From positions 124,001 to 188,000 of IMG/VR virus record IMGVR_UViG_3300025121_000011: DNA of 64,000 nucleotides; one strand, given 5' to 3'. Each line of letters opens with the position of its first letter. The stretch's first letter is position 1. Positions 1-10,257 of this stretch are shown here, one piece after another. Position numbers and translations under genes: made by a program. Below the pieces are notes generated by a model, which was not told the origin of the DNA, ran no database searches, and saw only the letters and a list, made by a program, of their open reading frames with translations.

Positions 1-13
1 TAATCATAATGAC

Positions 14-637
14 ATGTCTAATGTTAGTGCTCCAGAGTTTTCCAGTGGAGTAAAACTTGGCACAAGATCTGAGGCTAATCAATATATTGGCGGATTTATT
101 GAATCTAGTGATTATATTAAGGGAGATTCATTTGAATATAATGCATCCAAAGATGCTTATAAATATATTCATGTGGATCAATTATCTGAGATAGCAATGG
201 GTATTCCGATTCCGGGAATGAGTTTTACAGTTATAAATAATGGCACAAGATTTGTAAAAGTCATCCGAGATAATAATAGTATAACAGATTACTGTATTAT
301 TCGTCTTCCAGATCTCATGGCTGGTCAGACCATGACACAGATTGAAGTTAGTTTTTATACTTCTGGCGCATCTTTTAGTTCTTATGATTATGAGATATAT
401 TCTGAGGATTTAAATTTAACACGAACTCTTGAAAGTTCAGGAACTGGTACTGTCGGATTACATGGTGGAGCAGCAACATTGGGTTTTTCTAGAGCATCTG
501 GATTAAGTATTAGTGGAGCAAATAATAAGTTCTTTTATGTAAAATTTTTACGTACTAGTGTAGTGGATGAGCAATATATTGTAGATATAAGATATAAAGT
601 AACTATTAGTGATGTCCAATCTATTGGAGGATTTTAA
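14..637 (+). CDS. Hypothetical protein, probably virion-associated; likely 5'-truncated by the window edge
   Basis: 207-aa ORF; the frame stays open upstream of the ATG to the window start (aat cat aat gac atg). Beta-rich composition; stop followed by TAATG coupling to the next gene. No family recognised. Confidence 0.55.
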   Translation: MSNVSAPEFSSGVKLGTRSEANQYIGGFIESSDYIKGDSFEYNASKDAYKYIHVDQLSEIAMGIPIPGMSFTVINNGTRFVKVIRDNNSITDYCIIRLPDLMAGQTMTQIEVSFYTSGASFSSYDYEIYSEDLNLTRTLESSGTGTVGLHGGAATLGFSRASGLSISGANNKFFYVKFLRTSVVDEQYIVDIRYKVTISDVQSIGGF

Positions 638-639
638 TA

Positions 640-3600
640 ATGTCTAAATCGAATTATCCTAGCTCTTTGGATACATCTAGGGAAATCCCACCAGTACGTG
701 ATAATATTACTGAGATTGGTTCTGAGATAATTAACAGTTTACGCTCTGCAATTTTTAATATCGAGCAGACTCTTGGAATCAACCCTCAAGGATCAAGTGG
801 GAATACTGTTGCTTCTAGAATTAATTCATCCATTGATGAGAGCGGAAATATTCGCAAAGATGCTTTAACTTTAGCAAACGTACTATCGGGACCTATTGTT
901 GACACTGACGTTTCAAATGTAGCTGCAATTTCTGAAGCAAAACTTAGATTAACCTTTCCTACACAAGTTTTGCAAGATGAAATTTCTATTTTATCTAGTG
1001 AGATTATGACTTTTGCAGATCAAATAGAGGCTTTGAATGCTGTATTTTCAGCACATATATATCCTGGTTCAATTAATCGACATTTAGCTTCTGCTATTAC
1101 TGTAGAAGAAGCCGTTGTATCAGCTAGCGCCACAGCTTTCACTGGTTTAGCTGGAGAAAGTTTGCAGGCTTCATTAGAGTCATTAATAAATGGACATATT
1201 AATTTCGATGGAACTGTATCATCAACTAACACATCACATCGTGCAGACCAGTTATTCTTTGATAAGTCTAATGTTTCAGATGTAGTTTTTCAAGATTCAG
1301 TACAAGGCGCAGTAGAAGATCTTGCAAATTTAGAGGGAGTCGGACTTAGAAATCACGCCTTAAATCTATCTTCTAATGGAAGAATTAGAACAGGCTCCAT
1401 AACTGATGGATATGAAGCTTTAGGATTGGGAGATGTGGTTGTTGCTTCGGCCTCAGTCAGCTTTGTTAGGGAAGGATCCAGAACAAGATTTTCTTTTAAT
1501 TCTGCACAAACACCTCTTAATCTTGTTGAGGTTTTTGATATTCTTAATTTAAGCAATTCTGATACAGATGCTGATAACAAAGGTTATCAAATCGTAGAGA
1601 TAATAACATCTGGTGTGACTATTACTGCTGTAATAGTCTTGGGAACCCCATTGGGAGACTCAACCTCAGGACTATCTGCATCTATTTCAAAAAATCCATA
1701 TGTTGTTTATAATGCAAACGGATTAAATTGTACAGTTCGCCCAAGGGCTGATTATAGTAATACACCAGATGTTGTAATTGCAAACCCGAATTCTGCAACA
1801 ATTATTTCTAATGGAATTATGCCATCTAAAATTACAGTTAATGAGAATGCTTTTGGTTTAGCTATTGATGGTAAAACTGTCGTTCAAATTAGCACATATG
1901 ATAATAATGTTAGTGAACAAACCTTGTCTTCCGTTGTTAATAAAATTAATGAACAATCAGTTGAACAAAATCTAAATTTTTTAGCTTATAAGCTTAAGCA
2001 GGGAGATTGCTATGAATTAGCTTTAACTCATATTTTACCAAATGTGTCAAGTGATATTATCAATAGAACACTAAAAGTATCTGCCGGATCAACTAATGAT
2101 GGCACAACAGAATTAGGTTTGATTGACTCCTTAGATTTAACAATAGAAGGAAACACTGGAAATGGTTATTTGATCAATGGACTATTATTAGATTCTTTTG
2201 GACAAATAATTACTCTTACTAGTGATGATATAGAAATAATTTCCGGAACAAATACCCTAAGTTTATTTTCAGGAACATTTATAGCTTTAGGTGTTAGAGT
2301 TGGAGATTTAGTAGTAATTACTGGTTCAGATTCATCAACAGATGATGGCACATATAGAATATCAAATATTTCTTCTGGAATAATTACTCTTGATTCAGTC
2401 ACATTGTCATTAGCAGGGGATCTTGGTGCATCCGGTTCTATATATATAATCAGAGCGACAGCAGCAATAGATGAGATGAATTTTACAGAGTCCGTATCTA
2501 GTCAAGGTTCAATTATGTTTGATATCTTTATCACTGAAGATTCAGATATTCATTATCATAAAAGACTAGAAATAGATGGTGCAATCTATAATAATGGTTT
2601 TGCAGCAATTATAACAGATGTATCACGAGGATTTTTGCTATCCTCAACTTCCGCGACCGTTACAGTAAATACAAGTGGAATGGCATATTTAACAGATCCA
2701 TCTCTACAATCTGGTCAACCCATTTATGTTGGACAAACTGGACAATACAAGCTGTTGGCAAGTGACGGCCTATCTTTTGTTTCCATTGCAGTTTATAGTT
2801 CTGGTATTCCTACTGTGCAACAGGTTGTAGATTTATATGGATTTGATGAAGTATCTAGTAACAATTATAGAGTTTGTAGAGGCACTTTTTCTACTTCTTT
2901 AGGAAGAGTTCTCGGAGAATACAACGGAATAGGTGTACCATCAGTTCTTGATAAGAGGCAAAGTGGGACCGTTGATGATACGATCATTAGTGAAAATGTA
3001 TTGGAGAGATACATAGAGGGTCCGAGAAATGAATTAAGAGCCAGCGGTGTTGTTCGTGGTTTGGAGGTTACTAATCTTTTATTAATTGATAGTGGTGAAG
3101 TAGATAGTTTTGGATCTGCAATTTATTATCATGAGGTAGATATAAGTGCGGGCATTATTTATATTAGTGGAATTAGATATGAAATAGCTGGATACAGTTC
3201 TTTTAGATTTAATACTTCTGATGATTTTTATATTGGCATCAATACATCTGGATGCGTGGTGTATGGCGAACAGATAACAAATCCAGATGGATATACTGAT
3301 GGCTATACAGATCAAATCTCTTCTTTAGCTGATCAAGATATCATTCATTTAGCTTTCATAGATGCCACTACCACAACCATTACTGATCTAAGATATTTTA
3401 TTGATCGTTTAGATCTCAAATCTGGGAAAATTGTTGTATCTAAAACACAAAATTTTGGACACTTTACAGAAGTCGCTCCAGCAATTGAATATGCAAAACG
3501 ATTTACAGAGCTACATCCAGGACAGGGTACTCCGATTGTTTATATAGATCAGGGAGATTTTTCAATTTCCTCAACTATCATAATAGACTGTGATATTAAA

Positions 3601-4251
3601 ATTTGTGGAGCTGGACCAGATACTGTACTAACTAAGTCTGGAGCTTTTGCCTTTGGAACCACTCCAAACAGTGGTAATATAGATTTTGGAGATGCATTAT
3701 TCTTAGTTGGAGCAGATACCAAAACAGGTTCAAATAGAATTATTAATGGTGTCACCTTTGAAGACTTCACATATCATACATCTGATGATATCTCTGCTGT
3801 CGGTTGCGTAATTTCTATTACACAACCTCTTGTGAAATTATCGGAACCAGCAAGTAATAAGGCTACATTTAGAGTTCAGAATGTTAATTTCATAGGAAGC
3901 GATAATATCGCCTATGGTACGGGCATAGACGCAGATCTTGTAGGAGAATATGCTATTGCCGTAGGACAAGCTGATGAGATTACTTTTATTCCAGAGAGTA
4001 GTATAATCATTGGGGGGCTGGTCATGGGCAACCTGATTGTTACAGGATGCCGATTCCACAAGATGGGTGTAGAGTACGGCGGGATAACATTTCCAGATTC
4101 TGTTAGCTTTACAATTCAAAACGTAATTGTATGCAATAATATTGCCACAGATATGTCTCCAGTAGTAGCAAGTGTAGGATTTGATATTATTGAAACTATG
4201 TATATAGTAACTTTATCAAATGTTATTGAAGCAAATAATGCCAGAACATAA
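640..4251 (+). CDS. Large virion fibre/tailspike-like protein with C-terminal right-handed beta-helix (pectin-lyase-like) domain
   Basis: 1203 aa. N-terminal helical region with two H-x-A motifs (RHLASAI, SHRADQL). From about 3481, AIEYAKRF...IVYIDQGDFSISSTIIIDCDIKICGAGPDTVL is the typical entry into a parallel beta-helix, followed by NV/NII/VTGC-type rungs. Confidence 0.6.
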   Translation: MSKSNYPSSLDTSREIPPVRDNITEIGSEIINSLRSAIFNIEQTLGINPQGSSGNTVASRINSSIDESGNIRKDALTLANVLSGPIVDTDVSNVAAISEAKLRLTFPTQVLQDEISILSSEIMTFADQIEALNAVFSAHIYPGSINRHLASAITVEEAVVSASATAFTGLAGESLQASLESLINGHINFDGTVSSTNTSHRADQLFFDKSNVSDVVFQDSVQGAVEDLANLEGVGLRNHALNLSSNGRIRTGSITDGYEALGLGDVVVASASVSFVREGSRTRFSFNSAQTPLNLVEVFDILNLSNSDTDADNKGYQIVEIITSGVTITAVIVLGTPLGDSTSGLSASISKNPYVVYNANGLNCTVRPRADYSNTPDVVIANPNSATIISNGIMPSKITVNENAFGLAIDGKTVVQISTYDNNVSEQTLSSVVNKINEQSVEQNLNFLAYKLKQGDCYELALTHILPNVSSDIINRTLKVSAGSTNDGTTELGLIDSLDLTIEGNTGNGYLINGLLLDSFGQIITLTSDDIEIISGTNTLSLFSGTFIALGVRVGDLVVITGSDSSTDDGTYRISNISSGIITLDSVTLSLAGDLGASGSIYIIRATAAIDEMNFTESVSSQGSIMFDIFITEDSDIHYHKRLEIDGAIYNNGFAAIITDVSRGFLLSSTSATVTVNTSGMAYLTDPSLQSGQPIYVGQTGQYKLLASDGLSFVSIAVYSSGIPTVQQVVDLYGFDEVSSNNYRVCRGTFSTSLGRVLGEYNGIGVPSVLDKRQSGTVDDTIISENVLERYIEGPRNELRASGVVRGLEVTNLLLIDSGEVDSFGSAIYYHEVDISAGIIYISGIRYEIAGYSSFRFNTSDDFYIGINTSGCVVYGEQITNPDGYTDGYTDQISSLADQDIIHLAFIDATTTTITDLRYFIDRLDLKSGKIVVSKTQNFGHFTEVAPAIEYAKRFTELHPGQGTPIVYIDQGDFSISSTIIIDCDIKICGAGPDTVLTKSGAFAFGTTPNSGNIDFGDALFLVGADTKTGSNRIINGVTFEDFTYHTSDDISAVGCVISITQPLVKLSEPASNKATFRVQNVNFIGSDNIAYGTGIDADLVGEYAIAVGQADEITFIPESSIIIGGLVMGNLIVTGCRFHKMGVEYGGITFPDSVSFTIQNVIVCNNIATDMSPVVASVGFDIIETMYIVTLSNVIEANNART

Positions 4252-4259
4252 GGATTAAT

Positions 4260-4769
4260 ATGCCAGAAGAAAAAGTAAAATCCGCAATAGATGAAATCTA
4301 TTCTATATCTGAAAGATTAGAATCTATGGAAAAATATTTAGTCATAATAGATAATAATATTAAATTATTAAACAATAAAGTTTCTAAATTATCTAAATCT
4401 ATAAAATCTGATGAAGCCGCTGTTTCTGCTGTTGCACCAAAATTACCAAAGATAGATGTCCCTAAGATTGTATCAAATGATATCATTCCTGCTCGCAGTA
4501 AAGATTTGATAATAGGTGATATTAAATTATTTGGATATATTTTTAGTAAAAATAATTCTCCGATTAAAGGTGTAAATGTAACTATATATAATGAGATTGG
4601 AGAAGTTATTAAAGAAAAAATCACAAATGAAGATGGTCATTGGTCTGTTCGGCTACCTTCTGGTAAATATGGTGTTGAATATAATCACACATTTGGAAGT
4701 AGAAAATTTAAACCAATAAATAGAGTTATTGAATTAATAAATGGAATAAAAGAATTTGAGGTGACCTGA
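4260..4769 (+). CDS. Coiled-coil plus carboxypeptidase-regulatory-like (prealbumin-fold) domain protein
   Basis: N-terminal heptad region; C-terminal GYIFSKNNSPIKGVNVTIYN...TNEDGHWSVRLPSGKYGVEY matches the CarboxypepD_reg-like pattern. Confidence 0.65.
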   Translation: MPEEKVKSAIDEIYSISERLESMEKYLVIIDNNIKLLNNKVSKLSKSIKSDEAAVSAVAPKLPKIDVPKIVSNDIIPARSKDLIIGDIKLFGYIFSKNNSPIKGVNVTIYNEIGEVIKEKITNEDGHWSVRLPSGKYGVEYNHTFGSRKFKPINRVIELINGIKEFEVT

Positions 4770-5107
4770 TGTTAGCTGTAAAGATATATCAAAATAAAGA
4801 AGAACGAAAGGAATCTTTTAATAAAACGGTAAATAATATTACAAGTTATATATGTAATAAATTAGTCCTAGATGATGTAAAGGTTTTATCTGATGATTAT
4901 GGTGTTGAAATTGTTTCTGGACATGATCATCCATCAGTTGATGATAATATTGTTGTAGAATTAGTGATTAGAAAAACAATAGTTATTAATAAAGAGGATA
5001 TTGATAACAGGAGTTCTTTAGATAGATTTATTTCTGGTATAAAACATTTTTGTGATCAAGCAAAGATAATAGAGAAAGATCCTTATCTTCCTTTACATAT
5101 GAGATAG
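4769..5107 (+). CDS. Hypothetical protein
   Basis: 112-aa ORF coupled by TGATG overlap to the previous gene; no motif recognised. Confidence 0.55.
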   Translation: MLAVKIYQNKEERKESFNKTVNNITSYICNKLVLDDVKVLSDDYGVEIVSGHDHPSVDDNIVVELVIRKTIVINKEDIDNRSSLDRFISGIKHFCDQAKIIEKDPYLPLHMR

Positions 5108-5157
5108 GATTATAAAAATATATATTAATCATCAATATAAGTGGGAGGAGTTTAATA

Positions 5158-5970
5158 ATGTCTATTGATAATCAAGCTACTCCAGGTACAGCTTTTAATG
5201 GTGATCATCGAGTTTATTCTAATTTATTTGAAGATAATTCTATTATACAACAAGTCTGTATTATGCAACCGAAGAATCTATTAATAGATGTTTTGCGGAA
5301 ACATTTTGCTAATGATTCAATCTTTACATATAGAATGGATGAATATGGTTTTCCAAAAACCAGAGATTTGACTGGTATAGAAGTTGATTCAGAGGAAACT
5401 ACTCAAATTTTAATTAGTGATATTTTTAGATATGAAGTTAAATTTTATCCCGCTATTGTTATAAAAAATAATGGCGGCAAATATAAACCAATTTCCTTCA
5501 ATCAAAATGCTACAATTAAATATAGAAAAGATAGAGAGGAAAGTATTACTGGGTTTATTACTGATACTCTTGTCCCATCTCATAGGGTTTATGCTGGAGC
5601 ATGGGATATGAATTTTGATGTAACAATATATTCAGAAAGTCAATCTGAATTAGAAGAATTGGTTGATATGGTGGCGATGATTTTGCAATATGTTGTTTGG
5701 AATGAATTAAGAGCCAATGGTTTGTTTATTAATAATTTATCTATTAGTGGTGAAAATGCTGAACCATATGCTAATGACTATGTATACAATCAGACAATTA
5801 GTCTTTCAACATATTCAGAATGGAGGGTTGAAATCCCAATAGATAATACAATAGAAAAATTACTTTTCTATTTCGATTCTGTTCGAACTCCGATTCCTGG
5901 AATGACAACAAAAGCAGATGCTTTAGTACTTAAATATGATGATATTTTGGAACTAGCCGAGATATCTTAA
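5158..5970 (+). CDS. Putative tail terminator / tail completion protein
   Basis: GGAGGAG SD. Sits just upstream of the sheath. YPAIVI...FDVTIYSESQSELEELVDMVAMIL...YNQTISLSTYSEW has the beta-alpha-beta pattern of lambda gpU/T4 gp15-type terminators. Confidence 0.6.
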   Translation: MSIDNQATPGTAFNGDHRVYSNLFEDNSIIQQVCIMQPKNLLIDVLRKHFANDSIFTYRMDEYGFPKTRDLTGIEVDSEETTQILISDIFRYEVKFYPAIVIKNNGGKYKPISFNQNATIKYRKDREESITGFITDTLVPSHRVYAGAWDMNFDVTIYSESQSELEELVDMVAMILQYVVWNELRANGLFINNLSISGENAEPYANDYVYNQTISLSTYSEWRVEIPIDNTIEKLLFYFDSVRTPIPGMTTKADALVLKYDDILELAEIS

Positions 5971-6015
5971 CTACTAATATAAGAGTGTGAAATGAGTTTG
6001 AGGAGCTATTGAACT

Positions 6016-6147
6016 ATGTTTAAATCAATTATTAATCAAAAAATTGAACAATTATTGGTTCAAAAAAGATTTGGTAGTAATAAACATGCGGAGTTTTATA
6101 ATTCCGATATAAAAGATTTTAGAATTATAAAAGGCTTAGGAGTTTAA
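6016..6147 (+). CDS. Small hypothetical protein (43 aa; below the ORF-track cutoff)
   Basis: GAGGAG SD ending 6005, ATG at 6016, MFKSIINQKIEQLLVQKRFGSNKHAEFYNSDIKDFRIIKGLGV*, stop 1 nt before the sheath ATG; fills an otherwise empty gap. Confidence 0.4.
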   Translation: MFKSIINQKIEQLLVQKRFGSNKHAEFYNSDIKDFRIIKGLGV

Positions 6148-6148
6148 T

Positions 6149-9100
6149 ATGGCTAACATACCAGGTATAAGTTCATACGTTCAACCAGGAGTTTTTGCGA
6201 GAGATAGAGTAATTTCTCAAGGTGTTTCTCTTCCTGGAGGTACCAGAATTGTTTGTGTTGTTGGGGAAGGACTTAAAGAACGCACATTAATAGCTTCTGC
6301 TGCTGGAAGCGGTCTTGATGGTGATGATAGTTGTAGCCCGACAGATGATGCTGCTGGACGCTTTTTTAATATTGGAGCAACTTCCTTAGTAAGTGGTAGA
6401 ACAGAAGTTTATGTTAATGAAAATCTATTGTATGGTACTGAAGATGTTATTGATACAAGTAGTTTTGATGGTACTTTTGATTATAGAATAGATCTTGATA
6501 CAGGATGTTTGGAGCTTCAAGGTGCAAGCATTGGAGATCAAGATGGTAAAAAATACTCCGCTAGTTCTTTAAACATTGGAACAGGTATAATTATAGATGA
6601 TACATGTGGTACATTTGATCTTATATCCATTTTAGATACTGGCGCTCCAGCGGAACGTTGGACGGTTAGGTGTGCGGGGGTTATTAGAGATTCCAATGGA
6701 GATCCGGTTCCTGGTCGTGCAATATTTTCATTAAGTGGTGCAGTTTCTGGACAACTAAGAGATGCAGCTAATCAGCCTATACTTTTCCACAGTGCATATG
6801 TCACTGGATCAGCAGGAGCTGTATCCGGAAATGATGATGTTTGTACTGACGGCTTTGTGGTTGCCACAAGTGATGCATTTGGAGTGGGTAGTCCTGTAGA
6901 TAAAAGTGGTGATTCAACTATTTTAACTACTGATCAGTTTAGTTTTTCTGGAGATTTGGTTTCACAAGGGCAAGTTGTAGCTGGCGATTACTTATGTGTA
7001 GATGGTTATACAGGCATTGAAATTGAATCTTTTGCATATAGCTCTGGTACAGGTAAAACTACCTTAACTTTGGTTACAGATAGTTTGGATACTACTGCGG
7101 ATAATCAAACTTGGGAAATTAGAGCTACAAATCTATTTATAGATGATTATACCGTTGCACACGGAGCAACCACCGGAACCCCAGTTGTAGCAGGTAATTT
7201 TGCAAGTGGAGATGTTGGAAAAGTTCTTATGATTTGCAGTGGAGATAGTACAGGTGTATATAGCATCACCGCAGTTACCTCTTCTAGACGAATTCGAGTT
7301 CAAGATCTCGACGATTCTACAGCGGCATTCCCATCTGGCTTAACAGAGGGCTTGGTAGATGGTATAGCCGAATCAGGACTTACATGGCATTTGCTGGAAA
7401 CCAATGGTATTCTGCTTTTTGGCATTCAAGAGGGCGCGGTTCCTTTTGAGGTTGGAGATAAATTTTTTATTGATGTTAACTCCAGAGTTTTGGTACGCGG
7501 CGATGAGCTTAAAGTTCGATATATAGATTCTGTTGATATAGAAGATCCAGAGTTTTTCGTTTCTGCTCCATCTTTATATGCAAAACATGGTACTCCAAGT
7601 TTAACTAATACATTATCCTTGGGCGCTCAATTAGCTTTTGAGAATGGCGCCCCAGGTGTTTTAGCTTTACAAGCTAAGCCTTCAATTTCTAGACGAACCT
7701 CTGTTACTCTCTTAGAAGAAGTAGATAGTAATGGTAATGGAGGTTTTACGGCTTGTGGTGGGAATGAAGCAGACTGTGAAGTAGATGATTTATTGTTTGT
7801 TATTCCTATTCCAACTACGGGCTTGAAATCGGGTAGACCTGACGGTGATACACAGGTAAATATTTTTGTCATAAGAGATTCGGAAGAAACTCAGCTCTTC
7901 CCAAATAAAATTGCTTTTTATAATTCACAATATGAAAATTCTACAGGACAAACCAATTTTATTTCCAGTACTGATACTGCATTCTCTTATACTATAATTA
8001 ATACAAGTTATAAGATTACCGGTCAGGGTTTCAATGGAGAAATAGCATCTGCAACAGGTACTTTTGTTACCTCAGAGGTTGATTTTGATGCCGCAGATGT
8101 TGGAAGGATTATTGTTATTCAAAGTGTAGAAAACTCTTCTGGTACTGTATATACCACGGTAGATGATGTTAGTACACAGCTTTTTGGCTCTACAAGTCCT
8201 GGTGCAGAATTAATTATTACTGCCATTACAGATGATAGTACAGTTACTGTTGTTGCTAATGATGGTTCTTCTACAGTTATAACTGGTGATGGTTTTGATA
8301 TCCAGTTCTTCATTAAAGATGAATCTGATACAACCAATGTTAGAGCCGCTCTGCTTTTCCACAAGGATTTGGTAGATAGCGGAACTTTACAAACAGGCGA
8401 TGGAATTCGAATTTCGTATATAGACCAAAATGATGCAGATTTTTTTGATACAAATTGGTTTGACGCATTTGAAGCTTTAGAGTCTGTGGAATGTCAGATT
8501 GTTGTGCCTTTGCCATTACAAAATAGAACTGGTATCTTTAGAGCTGCCGTAACACATGTCGAAAATATGAGCACAATTGCGATTCAAAAAGAGCGATTTG
8601 CTTTCTTTGGCGCACAACAGGGTGTGACCGCTGCTGCATTAATTGGAACAGAAGATATAGCAGTAGAAGATATTGGTATTCTAGAAGGTATACAAGGTGA
8701 CGATCCAGAAGAAGTATTGAATAGTAATATAGAAGATTTGGTAGATTATCAGTTAAGCCATAATTATACAGGAAATCGTTCCATGTACTTCTGGCCAGAT
8801 CGAATTGTTAGAAACATCAATGGAACTAATGTATATATTGATGGATTTTATCTTGCTGCTTGCGCTGCTGGTTGGTTCTCTGGACATCAAAATGTTGCAT
8901 TGCCATTAACTAATAAAGTTTTACAAGGATTTTCTATCCTACGAGATAAGCAGTTAAAGAAAACTCTCCTGAACTCTTTAGGAAGCGAGGGTGTTACAGT
9001 TCTGCAACCTGTGACTGGTGGTGGCCGAGTATTGGCTGGTAGAACCACGAGTCAAAGTGGATTCGTAGAAGATGAAGAAATCTCTGTTATGTTCATCCGA

Positions 9101-9367
9101 GATACCGTTAAACAGTCTTTAAGAGCTGGAATGCAACCATTTATCGGAACTGTAGAAGACGTTAATACACATGCTATTTTAACTTCTAGAGTAGTAACTA
9201 TAATGTCCGGACTTATTTCACAGGGATTAGTTACAGACTTTAGAAATATTAAAGTAGAAAGAGATAAGGTTGATCCTAGACAATGGAATGCTTTCGTTCG
9301 ATTTTCTCCATCATATCCTATTAACTATGCATTTGTTGATATCGAAGTAGGCGTGACGGCATTTTAA
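6149..9367 (+). CDS. Contractile tail sheath protein (unusually large, 1072 aa)
   Basis: N-terminal YVQPGVFAR motif; C-terminal sheath core EISVMFIRDTVK...LISQGLVTDF...VRFSPSYPINYAFVDIEV; directly upstream of the tube gene. Confidence 0.9.
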   Translation: MANIPGISSYVQPGVFARDRVISQGVSLPGGTRIVCVVGEGLKERTLIASAAGSGLDGDDSCSPTDDAAGRFFNIGATSLVSGRTEVYVNENLLYGTEDVIDTSSFDGTFDYRIDLDTGCLELQGASIGDQDGKKYSASSLNIGTGIIIDDTCGTFDLISILDTGAPAERWTVRCAGVIRDSNGDPVPGRAIFSLSGAVSGQLRDAANQPILFHSAYVTGSAGAVSGNDDVCTDGFVVATSDAFGVGSPVDKSGDSTILTTDQFSFSGDLVSQGQVVAGDYLCVDGYTGIEIESFAYSSGTGKTTLTLVTDSLDTTADNQTWEIRATNLFIDDYTVAHGATTGTPVVAGNFASGDVGKVLMICSGDSTGVYSITAVTSSRRIRVQDLDDSTAAFPSGLTEGLVDGIAESGLTWHLLETNGILLFGIQEGAVPFEVGDKFFIDVNSRVLVRGDELKVRYIDSVDIEDPEFFVSAPSLYAKHGTPSLTNTLSLGAQLAFENGAPGVLALQAKPSISRRTSVTLLEEVDSNGNGGFTACGGNEADCEVDDLLFVIPIPTTGLKSGRPDGDTQVNIFVIRDSEETQLFPNKIAFYNSQYENSTGQTNFISSTDTAFSYTIINTSYKITGQGFNGEIASATGTFVTSEVDFDAADVGRIIVIQSVENSSGTVYTTVDDVSTQLFGSTSPGAELIITAITDDSTVTVVANDGSSTVITGDGFDIQFFIKDESDTTNVRAALLFHKDLVDSGTLQTGDGIRISYIDQNDADFFDTNWFDAFEALESVECQIVVPLPLQNRTGIFRAAVTHVENMSTIAIQKERFAFFGAQQGVTAAALIGTEDIAVEDIGILEGIQGDDPEEVLNSNIEDLVDYQLSHNYTGNRSMYFWPDRIVRNINGTNVYIDGFYLAACAAGWFSGHQNVALPLTNKVLQGFSILRDKQLKKTLLNSLGSEGVTVLQPVTGGGRVLAGRTTSQSGFVEDEEISVMFIRDTVKQSLRAGMQPFIGTVEDVNTHAILTSRVVTIMSGLISQGLVTDFRNIKVERDKVDPRQWNAFVRFSPSYPINYAFVDIEVGVTAF

Positions 9368-9538
9368 TTTAAACTTTAATAGTGATTAATACTTGATAAT
9401 TATCTGATATGTAAAAGCATTTTAAAGTTAAATACTAAAAATCTATTTGGTATATCTTATTGTTAATTCCTGTTTCTATTTATATTGAGTTTATATATGA
9501 ATACCTCATGTTATTAGACAACATGATTGGAGGGTTAA

Positions 9539-10147
9539 ATGCCTGCATATCCCAAAACCGGATCTATACTAGATAGTACCACCCGTACATCACTCTCAAC
9601 TCAAATAATTATTCTTGTAAATAATGAGCCTGTAGGGGCAATACAGAAATTTTCTGAGAGTCAAAGTCGAAACAATAAGAGAATTTCTGAAATTGGTACA
9701 GATGGCACTATTGAGTTGGTGCCTAATGCACCAACGGATATTTCTTTATCAGTTACTCGAATTGCATTTGATGGTTTAACTGTTACAGAAGCTTTTTCTA
9801 GAGGCTTTAGAAATGTACAGGCTCAACGTATTCCTTTTGATATTATAGTGATAGATCAATTTACAGGAACGGGAGATGATGCGGTTATCACTACTTATCA
9901 TAATTGTTGGTTTAAAAGTATTAGACGAAGTTATCAATCTGATGATTATATTATTTCAGAAGATTGCGATGTTGATGTAGAATATATATCTACTATCCGC
10001 GGAGGCGATGCTATAGCCTTAAGCCAGGGTGCTGGTGGTGGACGTCAATTAGCGGGCACTCAATTTGATAAGGTTGAAGGTTGGGCGGACTCTGGAGTGA
10101 GAAGAGGTGCATTAGATTATCCAGGATTAATTTCAGCTTCTTGGTAA
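9539..10147 (+). CDS. Tail tube protein
   Basis: 202 aa after the sheath; GGAGGG SD; VGAIQKFSESQSR...ISEIGTDGTIELVP...ISLSVTR...PFDIIVID...YHNCWF...IISEDCDV fits the contractile-tail tube fold. Confidence 0.85.
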   Translation: MPAYPKTGSILDSTTRTSLSTQIIILVNNEPVGAIQKFSESQSRNNKRISEIGTDGTIELVPNAPTDISLSVTRIAFDGLTVTEAFSRGFRNVQAQRIPFDIIVIDQFTGTGDDAVITTYHNCWFKSIRRSYQSDDYIISEDCDVDVEYISTIRGGDAIALSQGAGGGRQLAGTQFDKVEGWADSGVRRGALDYPGLISASW

Positions 10148-10162
10148 GATATAATCTTTGTG

Positions 10163-10192
10163 AAAAATCCCTGCTTTTTAGCAGGGATTTTT
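10163..10192 (+). terminator. Rho-independent terminator after the tube gene
   Basis: Perfect 13-bp inverted repeat AAAAATCCCTGCT-tttt-AGCAGGGATTTTT, 15 nt after the tube stop; A/T tails on both sides (possibly bidirectional). Confidence 0.85.
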
Positions 10193-10257
10193 GTACTCGC
10201 TTTTGTTAATAAAGTACGTACAATATAATTGCGTTAATATTATAATTAGGAGATGTT

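Noticed and set aside
9506-9526. 7-bp hairpin TCATGTT/AACATGA just upstream of the tube SD
   Set aside because: Weak AT-rich stem that does not cover the SD; likely chance.
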